A DNA stretch of 64,000 nt, taken from contig DASVQH010000432.1 in assembly GCA_036389195.1 (NCBI GenBank), forward strand, positions 7,910-71,909, given 5' to 3'. Shown here piece after piece: positions 8,918 through 18,427 of this stretch. The stretch comes from Solirubrobacteraceae bacterium. Lineage in GTDB: Bacteria > Actinomycetota > Thermoleophilia > Solirubrobacterales > Solirubrobacteraceae. Position 1 is the first letter of the stretch. Each line of letters begins with the position of its first letter. Position numbers and translations under genes: made by a program. Below the pieces are notes generated by a model that was not told the DNA's origin, did no database searches, and saw nothing but the letters and a program-made list of their open reading frames with translations.

Positions 8918-11900
8918 ATGACAGCTTCCGCACCGCAGGCGCCGTTGTCATTCGCGCAGGAGCGGTTGTGGTTCGTGCACCAGCTCGATCCCGCCGCGCA
9001 CACGCATGTCGTGACCTCGACGACACGCGTGCGAGGACCCCTCTCGGTTGAGGCGCTCCAGACAGCGCTGTCCGGACTCGCATCCCGGCACGACCAGCTT
9101 CGAGCCAGGTTCGACGAGCTGGAGGATGGGACCCCCGTGCAACGCATCGAGGCCGATGTCACGCCACGGCTCGCGCTTCACGACCTGCGATCGGCCGAGC
9201 CGGATGTCCGGGCAGAGGCGGCTGAGCAGCTTCTGCACGCGGAGAACCGCACCGTCTTCGACCTGAGGCTCGGGCCTCCGGTCCGGGCGCTGCTTGTGCG
9301 AGTCGGGGCTGCCGAGCATCTGCTGGCCGTCTCGGCTCACCACATCGTCTGCGACGGCCGCTCGATCGCCATCGTGCACCGTGACCTCGCCGAGCTCTAT
9401 GCCGCCGCCCTGGACGGGCGGCCGCCGGATCTCCCGCCTTTGCAGGCGACGTACCTCGGTCTGGCGGAAAAGGACCGGGCGCGTCTGGCGTCGCAGGAGG
9501 ACCGGCTGCTGGCATACTGGCGCGAGAAGCTGGGCGACCTGGCGTCGAGCGTCTCGCCGAGGTCGCCGAGTGGTGAGCTCACTGCGGGGCAAGTCTCGCG
9601 CACCTTGCCGCTGGGGCTCAGCAGGCAGGTCTCGAGCGTCGCGCGCTCGCTGCGGGTCTCACCCTTCATGCTCCTCCTCTCTGGGTTGCTCCGAGCACTC
9701 GCGCGCGAGGGATTCGGCGAGCAGGTGCCGATCGCGACGGCGATCGCGAACCGCTCGCATCCTGGGAGCGAGGACGTCGTCGGGATGTTCGTCAACGTCC
9801 TCGTGCTTCGGACGGACATCGCGCGCGCCGCGAGTTTCGCCGAGATCGTCGGGCGGGTGCGCGAGACGGCCCTTGGCGCCTACAAGCATCAGGAGCTGCC
9901 CTTCGAGGCGCTCGTCCGCGGCCTGCACATCGACCGGGACCCCGCCCGGTTGCCGCTCGCGGACATCAGCTTCGCGCTGCAGAACGTGCACGGACCAGGG
10001 CTGCGGCTCCGCGGACTCGAATGCGACCGCGTCGAGCTTCCTCGCGACGTCACGGAGTGGCGCGACGAGATCAACGCCTTCCGCGAGGTGACCGGTTACG
10101 TCGTGGAGTACTCGTTCCGGACCGTCGACCGGTCGCCGGCAGCCGCCGAGCAGGTACTGGCCTCGTTCGCAGAGGTGCTGCGCGAAGGCCTCGACGCGCC
10201 GCACGCGGCGCTGCCGAGCCGCAGCCGTCACTCGAGCTTCGCGGGTCCCGTGCTCGCGAGAGCCGGTCGGGAGCCCGATCCGTCCGTGGTGGCTGAGATC
10301 GAGCGCCACGCGCGGTCGGTACCGGACGCGCTCGCGGTGCGATCCGGCGCAGACACGCTCTCCTACGCCCAGCTGACTCGAGCGGCCGGCGCTCTCGCTC
10401 GGCGTCTGGCGGAGCGCGGGCTGCCCGAAGACGGGCGTGTCGCAGTTCTGGCGCGTCCGTCCGTGCGCTTCGTGGCCGCGATGCTGGGCGTCATGAGGGC
10501 CGGCGGAGCGGTCTTGGCGCTCGACGTGCGCCATCCTGCGGCCCGTCACGCGGCGGTGCTCGAAGACAGCGGAGCGTTCCTGGTCATCGCCGACGATGCC
10601 GGGAAGGCCCTGCTGCGCGGCACCGCGCCCCCGGTGCTCGAGATCGGCGAGGGCCTCGCCGGCGAGCCGATCGAGGGCCGGCGCCGACCGCGCCAGCCCG
10701 ACAACCTCGCGTACGCGGTGTACACGTCCGGCTCGACCGGAAGGCCGAAAGGCGTCGCGATCACGCATGCGGGCCTTGGGAACCTGGCCGCGTGGCACCG
10801 CGAGGACTTCGGCGTGAACGCCGCGTCGCGCTGCGCACCAGCGGCCTCGCCGGGGTTCGACGCGTGGCACTGGGAGATCTGGCCGTACCTGGCTGCCGGA
10901 GCGAGCGTGATCTTGCCGCCGGACGACGCTCGTGGCGACGGTCCCGCGCTCGTCAACTGGATGGCGAAGAACGCGATCACCCACGCCTTCCTGACGTCCC
11001 CGCTCTTCGAAGCGGCGCTGGCGGAGGCCCCGCCCGACGATCTTGGCCTGAAGGTGATGTTGACGGGTGCCGACCGGCTGGAGCGAGTGCCCGACGCGGG
11101 CCAGCGGTTCGCGGTCGTGAACTGCTACGGCCCGACGGAGGCGTCCGTCATCAGCACGGCCGCGCGAGTGACGCCTGGAGCCATCCGCCCGCCCATCGGC
11201 CGTCCGATCCGGGGCGTCGACGCCCACGTGCTCGACGCGGACCTCCGGCCCGTCGCGGACGGCCAGATCGGCGAGCTGCACATCGCCGGCGTCAGCCTCG
11301 CGAGGGGGTACCTCAACGACCCCCGGCGCACTGCCGACCGCTTCGTTCCCAGCCCGTTCGACTACGGGTCCCGCATGTACCGGACCGGCGACAAGGTGCG
11401 CAAGCGCCCGTGCGGCGTGCTGGAGTACCTGGACCGCACGGATCGCCAGCTCAAAATCCGGGGTGTCCGCGTCGAGCCGGCCGAGGTCGAGGCGGTCCTC
11501 CTTCAGCACCCCGCAGTTCGAGAGGCGGTCGTCGTGCCCGACGGCGGAGACGGAACCACCCGACGCCGGCTGCTCGCTTACTGGGTAGCCGCGGGTTCGG
11601 CGTCGGATCGTGAGCTCCGGTCGTTCCTCTCCTCGCGGGTCCCGACGGCGATGGTGCCGTCGGCGTTCGTCGCGATGGACCGCCTCCCGCTCACGGTCAA
11701 CGGCAAGGTCGATCGGACCGCCCTTCCGTCCCCTGTCTTGCCGGCGAGCAGCACGTCTGACGACGCGCTCTCACCCCTCGAAGCCCACGTCGCCGCGATC
11801 TGGTCGGAAGTCATCGGCGTATCGGACATCGGTCCCGAGGACAACTTCTTCGAACTGGGCGGTCATTCGTTGCAGGCCGGACGGGTGCTGGCACGCCTCG

Positions 11901-12037
11901 CGAGCAGCACCGGCGTGCGTTTGCCGCTCCGGACCGTCTTCGAGGCGGCGTCGGTGCGAGATCTCAGTCTCCGCGTGCTCGAAGCCTCATCCCTGGAAGA
12001 TCAGGACTCGACCGTCGATCGCGACGGGGATCGCTGA
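8918..12037 (+). CDS. Non-ribosomal peptide synthetase module, C-A-T
   Basis: N-terminus 'LSFAQERLWFV' and 'HHIVCDGRS' (HHxxxDG). A-domain cores: 'LAYAVYTSGSTGRPKG', 'FDAWHWEIW', 'NCYGPTEAS', 'YRTGDKVR', 'DRTDRQLKIRGVRVEPAEVE', 'VNGKVDR'. T domain 'FFELGGHSLQAGRV'. No TE, R or E domain before the stop. Confidence 0.93.
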   Translation: MTASAPQAPLSFAQERLWFVHQLDPAAHTHVVTSTTRVRGPLSVEALQTALSGLASRHDQLRARFDELEDGTPVQRIEADVTPRLALHDLRSAEPDVRAEAAEQLLHAENRTVFDLRLGPPVRALLVRVGAAEHLLAVSAHHIVCDGRSIAIVHRDLAELYAAALDGRPPDLPPLQATYLGLAEKDRARLASQEDRLLAYWREKLGDLASSVSPRSPSGELTAGQVSRTLPLGLSRQVSSVARSLRVSPFMLLLSGLLRALAREGFGEQVPIATAIANRSHPGSEDVVGMFVNVLVLRTDIARAASFAEIVGRVRETALGAYKHQELPFEALVRGLHIDRDPARLPLADISFALQNVHGPGLRLRGLECDRVELPRDVTEWRDEINAFREVTGYVVEYSFRTVDRSPAAAEQVLASFAEVLREGLDAPHAALPSRSRHSSFAGPVLARAGREPDPSVVAEIERHARSVPDALAVRSGADTLSYAQLTRAAGALARRLAERGLPEDGRVAVLARPSVRFVAAMLGVMRAGGAVLALDVRHPAARHAAVLEDSGAFLVIADDAGKALLRGTAPPVLEIGEGLAGEPIEGRRRPRQPDNLAYAVYTSGSTGRPKGVAITHAGLGNLAAWHREDFGVNAASRCAPAASPGFDAWHWEIWPYLAAGASVILPPDDARGDGPALVNWMAKNAITHAFLTSPLFEAALAEAPPDDLGLKVMLTGADRLERVPDAGQRFAVVNCYGPTEASVISTAARVTPGAIRPPIGRPIRGVDAHVLDADLRPVADGQIGELHIAGVSLARGYLNDPRRTADRFVPSPFDYGSRMYRTGDKVRKRPCGVLEYLDRTDRQLKIRGVRVEPAEVEAVLLQHPAVREAVVVPDGGDGTTRRRLLAYWVAAGSASDRELRSFLSSRVPTAMVPSAFVAMDRLPLTVNGKVDRTALPSPVLPASSTSDDALSPLEAHVAAIWSEVIGVSDIGPEDNFFELGGHSLQAGRVLARLASSTGVRLPLRTVFEAASVRDLSLRVLEASSLEDQDSTVDRDGDR

Positions 12038-13350
12038 TGCGTCCGGCGCTGGCAGCGGTCATCACCGGGGTGACGGTGGACGACGTGCGATTCCCGACAT
12101 CGCGGACATTTGCGGGGTCGGATGCGATGAACTCGGCGCCCGACTACTCGGCTGCCTACGTGACCCTCCACACTGATCACCCGGCGGGCCTCGCAGGACA
12201 CGGCCTCGCGTTCACCATCGGACGCGGGACCGAGATCGTCGTCGCGGCCGTGCAGGCGCTCGCCCCACTGGTACGGGGGCGGTGCCTGGCGGACGTGGTC
12301 GCTGATCCCGGTGCCTTCTGGCGGCACATCACGAACGATTCGCAGCTGCGCTGGATCGGTCCCGAGAAGGGCGCGATTCATCTCGCGACGGCGGCGCTCG
12401 TCAATGCCGTCTGGGACCTCTGGGCGAAGGCGGAAGGCAAGCCGCTGTGGAAGCTCGTGAGCGACCTCAGTCCTGAGGAGCTCGTGCGATGCGTCGACTT
12501 CCGCTACATCACCGACGCCCTGACGCCGGATGAGGCGGTGGCGCTGCTGCGGTCCCGGGCCGAGGGGAAGGCGGCGCGAGAGTCGGAGATCCTGCGCGCC
12601 GGCTTCCCCGCCTACGTGACGTCGGTGGGCTGGATCGGGCTGTCGGACGCCGAAGTCATCGCGCGCTGCAGCGCTGCGATCGACGACGGCTGGCACTACC
12701 TCAAGATCAAGGTCGGAGGCGACATCGATGCCGACCTCCGACGGGCTGCTCTGGTCCGGGACGTCGTCGGATGGGAACGCAAACTGATGATGGACGCCAA
12801 CCAGGTCTGGGATGTCGAGCAGGCGATCGACGCGACGAGGCGGCTGCAGGCGTTCGATCCGTGGTGGATGGAGGAGCCCACCAATCCTGACGACGTGCTG
12901 GGACATGCGAGGATCGCGCAGGCGGTCGCGCCGGTGCGGATCGCCACGGGTGAGCACTGTCACAACCGGGTGATGTTCAAACAGCTGATGCAGGCCGGCG
13001 CGATTGGCGTCTGCCAGCTCGACATGTGCCGTCTCGGCGGAGTCAACGAGGCGCTCGCGGTGCTCCTCTTGGCAGCACGGTTTGAGATTCCGGTGTGCCC
13101 GCACGCTGGCGGCGTAGGCCTCGGCGAGTACGCCCAGCATCTGTCCCTGTTCGACTACGTCGCCATCGGAGCCGGGCTCGAAGGCCGGTTGACCGAGTAC
13201 GTGAGCGAACTACACGAGAACTTCGTGAACCCCGCCCGCGTCCTCGACGGCCGCTACCTCGTCCCGCGCACCCCGGGTTGCGGCGTCGAGATGCGTGCGG
13301 AGGCGATCCACCGGTTCAGCTACCCGAGCGGCGAGGCCTGGGCGGCCTGA
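12037..13350 (+). CDS. fucD: Enolase-superfamily L-fuconate dehydratase
   Basis: Near-continuous similarity (from memory) to characterised FucD: 'DVRFPTSR..GSDAMN..PDYSAAYV', 'NDSQLRWIGPEKG', 'DFRYITDALTPDEA', 'KIKVGGD', 'MMDANQVWDV', 'WMEEPTNPDDVLGHA', 'IATGEHCHNRVMFKQLMQAG', 'CPHAGGVGL'. The ATG overlaps the NRPS stop (TGATG, 12035-12039). Confidence 0.8.
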   Translation: MRPALAAVITGVTVDDVRFPTSRTFAGSDAMNSAPDYSAAYVTLHTDHPAGLAGHGLAFTIGRGTEIVVAAVQALAPLVRGRCLADVVADPGAFWRHITNDSQLRWIGPEKGAIHLATAALVNAVWDLWAKAEGKPLWKLVSDLSPEELVRCVDFRYITDALTPDEAVALLRSRAEGKAARESEILRAGFPAYVTSVGWIGLSDAEVIARCSAAIDDGWHYLKIKVGGDIDADLRRAALVRDVVGWERKLMMDANQVWDVEQAIDATRRLQAFDPWWMEEPTNPDDVLGHARIAQAVAPVRIATGEHCHNRVMFKQLMQAGAIGVCQLDMCRLGGVNEALAVLLLAARFEIPVCPHAGGVGLGEYAQHLSLFDYVAIGAGLEGRLTEYVSELHENFVNPARVLDGRYLVPRTPGCGVEMRAEAIHRFSYPSGEAWAA

Positions 13351-14303
13351 TCGACGGGCGGCGTGCCCACGGCCCTGATCGAGAAGTCCTCAAGCCCGAT
13401 CGCCCGTCGTTCATAGCTGCGCGATCGGCCGTCGAAAAGCCGGTCGACGGCCGCCGGAAGCTCTTCAACTCGCCACCGGCGGTCGCTCACCACCTCGGCG
13501 GCCACGTCCCACCCCGCCAAGAGCTCGATGGTGCCCGCGCGGACGGCGAGGACCTGTCCGGTCACATCGGCGGCGAGATCGCTGGCCAGGTACGCCACCA
13601 CCGGGGCCAGATTGGCCGGCGAGTACGGATCACGCTCACCGTCGTCGCCGGGCGGGATCGAGAAGAGGTCCTCGGTCATTCGCGTCCGGGCGGCCGGCGC
13701 AACTGCGTTCGCTGTGACGCCGTAGCGTCGAAGCTCCAGCGACGCGACGCGCGCGAGGGTCGCGACGCCCGCCTTGGCCGCGCCGTAGGCGGCCTGTCCT
13801 ACGTTGCCGTAGAGGCCGGATGCGGAAGTCACGAAAATCAGCCGCCCTGCTGGCGGCTCGCCTGCCTTGTGCCGCTCACGCCAATGGCCAGCGGCGGCGC
13901 GAGCCAGGAGGAACGGTGCGCGCAAGTGGCAAGCCAGGACGGCATCGAAGTCGTCGACCGGATTGTTCGCGAGCAGCCAGTCTCGAAGGATCCCTGCGTT
14001 GCTGACTGCGATGTCGACCCGTCCGAAAGCGGCGAGGGCCAGCTGGACCAGGGCGTCGCAGTCCTCGGCCAGTCGAACGTCATGTGTGCTCACGACGGCC
14101 TCACCCCCGTTAGCGACGATCTCCGCGGCCACCGATGACGCGACGTGCGGATCCTGTCCGCGTCCTTCGACGTCGCACCCAAGGTCATTAACCACCACTC
14201 GCGCTCCGCACCGCGCCAGCTCGAGCGCCTGAGCTCGACCCAGGCCGCGTCCCGCGCCGGTCACGACAGCGACCCTTTCGGCAAGCAGAGCCGGCGAGTT
14301 CAT
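13320..14303 (-). CDS. Short-chain dehydrogenase/reductase (SDR) family oxidoreductase
   Basis: 'VAVVTGAGRGLGRA' (TGxxxGxG), 'SNAGI' (NNAG-like), 'YGAAKAG' (YxxxK). I chose the ATG at 14303 ('MNSPALLAERVAVV') because GGAGG lies about 10 nt upstream. The track ORF extends to 14384. Its 3' end overlaps fucD convergently by 31 nt. Confidence 0.8.
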   Translation of the reverse strand: MNSPALLAERVAVVTGAGRGLGRAQALELARCGARVVVNDLGCDVEGRGQDPHVASSVAAEIVANGGEAVVSTHDVRLAEDCDALVQLALAAFGRVDIAVSNAGILRDWLLANNPVDDFDAVLACHLRAPFLLARAAAGHWRERHKAGEPPAGRLIFVTSASGLYGNVGQAAYGAAKAGVATLARVASLELRRYGVTANAVAPAARTRMTEDLFSIPPGDDGERDPYSPANLAPVVAYLASDLAADVTGQVLAVRAGTIELLAGWDVAAEVVSDRRWRVEELPAAVDRLFDGRSRSYERRAIGLEDFSIRAVGTPPVDQAAQASPLG

Positions 14304-14979
14304 CTTGAGGGCACCTCCGGAGTCTTGACCATGCAGAGCTGACGGAGCAACCGCCCCGTGAGACGGCGGCAGGGGGTCGCCCACCCGTCGATCGCGGCGT
14401 GCGCGGGCGCCCAGCCTGCGGGCCGCCGCGGGTGGGTGGCGCGTTCGACCGCGCGGCGTGGTGAGCGGCTCGCGGACCGCCGTGAGCCGACCAGCCAGAC
14501 GCGGGCGGCCGAGGCAGGAGCAACGTCGCGAAGACCACCACCGATGTCGGCGGGCGTCGTACGAGTCTTGGCGATTCCGGTGACCGGCTCAACTCGGTCA
14601 GCCACAGAACCCGGCACTGCTGAAACGCGATCGTCCATCGGCGGTCGCTCCAGGCGCGGACGTTGCCACCGGCGACCAACGCCGCGATCGTCCTTCCAGG
14701 AGAGAATCAGAGCCATCGCCACACCGTCCCTCGTCGTTGATCGGACGAACGCAGCAACTGCCGACTGACCACAGGCCGGCGGCGGAGTGGCTGCACGACC
14801 CAGACAGGCGATTGCCGCCCGTGCAGCGGTGAAACGGTCGTCAGGTGGTCACTCGCGTTCACAGGCTCGTCATCCGTTGTCCGGTGAGTGGAACCAGAGC
14901 GCCGCTTTGTGACGGCGTCCACCCCAGTCGAGCGATCAGGACAACGGCGCGCTCAAGATCACGGGCTAATCTACCGTGC

Positions 14980-15525
14980 GTGGCGCTCGACAGGCAGGAG
15001 ATCGACCACCTCTACCGTCGCCACGCCCGCGACGTGACCGTCTTCTTCGCGCGCCGGACGCGGGATTCCGAGATGGCGTTCGACCTCACAGCCGAGACGT
15101 TCGCAGCGGCCTTGGCCGACCGCGAGCAGTTTCGCGGAGCAGGGCCTGACGCCGGCAAGGCTTGGATCTTCGGTATCGCGCACAACCAACTGAGCGCCTA
15201 CAGGCGGCGCGGGGCCATCGAGCGCCGCGCGCTCGGTCGGCTCCACGTCGAGCCGAGGGCGCTTACCGACGGCGAGATCGAACGCATCGAAGAGCTGGCT
15301 GGGCTGAACGACTTGGCGGAGGCTGTGTCCGGTCAGCTCGCGCGGCTCGGCCCGCACTACGCCGATGCGTTGCGCCTCCGGGTCGTGGAGGAACTCTCCT
15401 ACCAAGAAGTGGCCGCGACGCTGGGTGTCTCGGGCACCAGCGCGCGTGCGAGGGTCTCGCGGGGCTTGCGCTCGCTCGCGGCCGCTCTCCGCGACCATCC
15501 GCTCCTGGCCGAGGACCTGAGATGA
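14980..15525 (+). CDS. ECF-type RNA polymerase sigma-70 family factor
   Basis: Region 2-like 'LYRRHARDVTVFFARR...AFDLTAETFAAAL' and 'WIFGIAHNQLSAYRR'. Region 4 HTH 'LRVVEELSYQEVAATLGVSGTSARARVSRGL'. The GTG at 14980 gives a typical 181-aa ECF length; the track ORF starts at 14845. Confidence 0.8.
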   Translation: MALDRQEIDHLYRRHARDVTVFFARRTRDSEMAFDLTAETFAAALADREQFRGAGPDAGKAWIFGIAHNQLSAYRRRGAIERRALGRLHVEPRALTDGEIERIEELAGLNDLAEAVSGQLARLGPHYADALRLRVVEELSYQEVAATLGVSGTSARARVSRGLRSLAAALRDHPLLAEDLR

Positions 15526-15761
15526 CCTCCCTCGGGGCGGTTGACCGCACCGCTTCAGCGCGCCGTTGCACCTTCGGCAAGCTGCGCGTCCCGCGAACCG
15601 CGGACTAGGAGGGGCGCCGAGCGCGATGCAAGGTCAGGTCGCGTTGACGCATCGGCGGCGTCGCGGTGGCGGCTACGGCGACTTACGATGCAGTCCGCCA
15701 GGTAACGTAGCGGCCGACGCATGCCACCACGTCGTGGGATCCGTCACATCTCCGCCGGCTC

Positions 15762-16760
15762 GTGCCCCTAACGGAGGTGGAGTGGCAGAGGGCTTCGAGG
15801 AGGCCGATTGTGGAGCGAGCAGTGACAGCGTCAGCGGTACGGGTGACGATCTTCGACTGGCCCGAAGGCTCTCGGAGCGGCAACCGGTTGACGACGCTTC
15901 TTGGGATGGCGCCGCTGGCGGGGTCGCCGACGGTCGTCACTGGATCGGTCGGGCAGCACCTTGTCTGGAGCGGACGGGCACACGGCGGTCTCGCGGCGCT
16001 CTACAGGGCGCTCGGCCCCGCGCTCCGAGCCTCCGGGCTGGCCGCCATACTTGCCGACCCGGGGCTGGAGATCTTCGTCGCACCAGCCGGCGAGATGACC
16101 GTTCTTTCGGCCTCACCCGAGCTCGACGCCACCCTGGGCCGGACCAACGCAGCCGTCGGCGGCACGCGGCTCCGTGACCAGCTCGAGCGGTTTGCGTCAC
16201 AGCACTCGGCGGGCGGCACTGAGGCGGACGGTCAGACTGGAGATAGCGAAGTCGATGCGGGCGCCCGTCGTGTCGCGGGCGAAACGCCGTTCATCGCGGG
16301 CGCTGTCGAGGCTGTGGACTTCGACCTGGTCATCGGCTCGGTGGCGATCGTGATGGAGCGCCACGACACCGACGGCTTCCTCGAGGAGGCATGGGTCTCT
16401 TGCGAGCGCGACGATCTGCGAACGGAGTTCCTCACGCCAGGGACATGCCGGGTCCCGGGCGAAGACTTCGACGACAGCCTTACCTGGCGCGCCGCTCAGT
16501 GGCGGTGGAGGCGGGCTGTGAAGGGGGAGGCTGAAGACCCGGGCTCTTGGCGGCTTTGCGGACACTGCGACGTGCATCCTCTGGCGGTACGTCAGCTCCT
16601 ACCGGAACGCCTCGGCCCGTGGGTGAGCGTGGCGACGCAGGAAGCTATCGACCTGTGCACCGATCTTGTCGATGGCGGCGACCCGAGGTTCGCCGACGCT
16701 CGTGACCGCCTTGCTCGCGAGCTGGCCGTACTGGACTTTCCCGGTTTCGTGGACTCTTGA
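15762..16760 (+). CDS. Hypothetical protein (332 aa)
   Basis: Long ORF with GTG start and non-repetitive, protein-like composition. I recognise no motif. Confidence 0.45.
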   Translation: MPLTEVEWQRASRRPIVERAVTASAVRVTIFDWPEGSRSGNRLTTLLGMAPLAGSPTVVTGSVGQHLVWSGRAHGGLAALYRALGPALRASGLAAILADPGLEIFVAPAGEMTVLSASPELDATLGRTNAAVGGTRLRDQLERFASQHSAGGTEADGQTGDSEVDAGARRVAGETPFIAGAVEAVDFDLVIGSVAIVMERHDTDGFLEEAWVSCERDDLRTEFLTPGTCRVPGEDFDDSLTWRAAQWRWRRAVKGEAEDPGSWRLCGHCDVHPLAVRQLLPERLGPWVSVATQEAIDLCTDLVDGGDPRFADARDRLARELAVLDFPGFVDS

Positions 16761-17100
16761 GAGCGCGAAGAAGGCTCAGCCCTCCGTGTCTCCAGCCGAG
16801 TTCGGCGATCGCCTCCGCCACCTAGCAGAACGAGCGCGCGTTCCCAGACGCCCGGAACACCGAACTGCGCCATGGGGACGGCGTCCGAGTCGTGCGCAAG
16901 CAAGTCGATCGGCGGGCGCGAACGACCGGAGTCCCCGTCCCGTGACCGCGTCCGGTGATGCGGACACCCAAGAGCTCACTTGGATCGGCGGGCGGAAAGC
17001 CGCGCGCAGCAAGGCCGTCGGCGTCGCCGCCTGCTGTCACCCGATTGCCGACGGCCGCCCCTACGTGCGTTCCTGGTAAGGATGGCCGCGGCGCTCCGGC

Positions 17101-17360
17101 GTCCAGGATGCCTCCTCGTGGCGGATCGTCCCGCCGGAGCGGGCCGACCACTTGCGCGCAGAGCTTGTCATCGATGCGTTGCGAAGGCCCTAGCCGGGGT
17201 CGCCTGCCGACTACGTCCGACCTCAGCACAAGAGCCAACTTGTGTCCCTGGCATGCGCGCATGGCGACCAAGCCTGTATCGCTCGCTCGGTGGGCAGCCG
17301 CCTGACTGCTTCGGATCACGCCGCCGCCGAGAGCTTGTTCGCCACACGGAGAAGGAGCTC
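17101..17360 (+). mobile_element. Heavily decayed IS3-family transposase (OrfB C-terminal) remnant
   Basis: A single frame reads 'VQDASSWRIVPPERADHLRAELVIDALRRP*PGSPADYVRPQHKSQLVSLACAHGDQACIARSVGSRLTASDHAAAESLFAT'. This parallels the IS3 pattern D.fSRRIVGW...mr.eLV.DAL..A...HSDrGSQY.S......gi..SvGsvGd.yDNA.AEsff.tlK. In-frame TAG at 17191-17193. The downstream 'KELIRRW' continues in another frame. Confidence 0.55.
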
Positions 17361-17509
17361 ATCCGCCGATGGTCTCGCGCCCTTCCCGCGCTGGCCTCAG
17401 GACCGGGGTGTTCGTTCAAGCGCGTGGGCTCCTCTGCAGATCCGCCCGCCGCAACGTCGACGCTCGGGATACTTCCACCCGGCCCTGTGTCGACGGCTTC
17501 ACGTCGGCG

Positions 17510-17930
17510 CCGTTTCTGTTCGCTGGCGCTGGCTTGTCGCGCCGCTAGCTGGGACTTGAGGACTGGAGCGGGCTCCTCAAGCGCCTCGCCGCGCTGACCG
17601 ACCAGCCCTACGACTACTACTACTCGAGTGCCAGCGGAGATTTGCCCACCGTGGCCAGCGCGATCGCTGCGGAGCTGCCCGAACGTTGGTGGAGAGAGCG
17701 GCGCTTCGCCAAGACCCGGGCCAGGTACGAAGGCCGGCTTCACTCGCCCCAGTCGGCGCTGAAAGCCGAGGCGAGCGAGTATCTCGGCCAGACCCTAGGC
17801 AGCCTCCCCGAGTCCGGACCGCTTTCCGCCGAGCTCGATCTGCTTCGCAACGTCGTCATCCACGGCGTGATCACGACCAACTTCGACCCGTTGCTGGAGA
17901 CGCTCTTCACCAGGGTTCTCACAGCTTCTT
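17510..17930 (+). pseudogene. SIR2-like (SIR2_2-type) gene remnant with in-frame TAG and degenerate 3' part
   Basis: One frame reads 'PFLFAGAGLSRR*LGLEDWSGLLKRLAAL...' with TAG at 17546-17548. It continues to 'LLRNVVIHGVITTNFDPLLETLF' (GAGxS and TTNxD motifs of SIR2_2 proteins). No KLHGS-type motif follows, and the sequence after about 17910 loses similarity. Confidence 0.55.
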
Positions 17931-18427
17931 GGTGTGATGCGTTCACAGAAGGACTGGGTCGCGAAGCGGCTCAGGACGGCCTCGACGCTCAAGGATCTGA
18001 CCGCGCAGCTGCCGATTACGAGGTGCTGTACTGCATTCCGGGGCTCAGGGAGGAGGAGCGCACCGCCTTCCCGATCAGGACTACCACTCACAGTGGGTCA
18101 AGCTCGCCTGCCTCTACGACTGGCTGCGATACGGACGCGCTCAGCAGCCCGGGCCCCCACGCGCCCGAAGAAGCCAGTCGACGCCCCGTAGGCGCAGCGG
18201 GTCCCCAAGCAAGTGAGCGCGGCTGGCCGACAGTGCGCTCGGTGAATCAACGCTGGCCTTGACCGCTATGACGGCGAGATCGCTCGAGCGGATCGCGGCC
18301 ATCGGACCGGTAGGCGGCGGTCGGTGGTGCCCTTCAAGTATGGGCGGCCGCATCAGCGAGAACTTCGACGTAGAACCCCTCGGTTCCCCGAGACTCTGAC
18401 CTACGCGCCATCGGCGCGTGACAGACT

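Noticed and set aside
14890-14919. Possible ECF-type autoregulatory promoter (GGAAC ... CGTC) upstream of the sigma gene.
   Set aside because: The spacer between the two elements is 21 nt, longer than the usual 16-17 nt, and both motifs are short enough to occur by chance.
15522-15608. 28-codon ORF overlapping the sigma-factor stop, considered as an anti-sigma factor.
   Set aside because: It is too short and has no HxxxCxxC or TM segment. It is reported only as part of the 'missing anti-sigma' observation.
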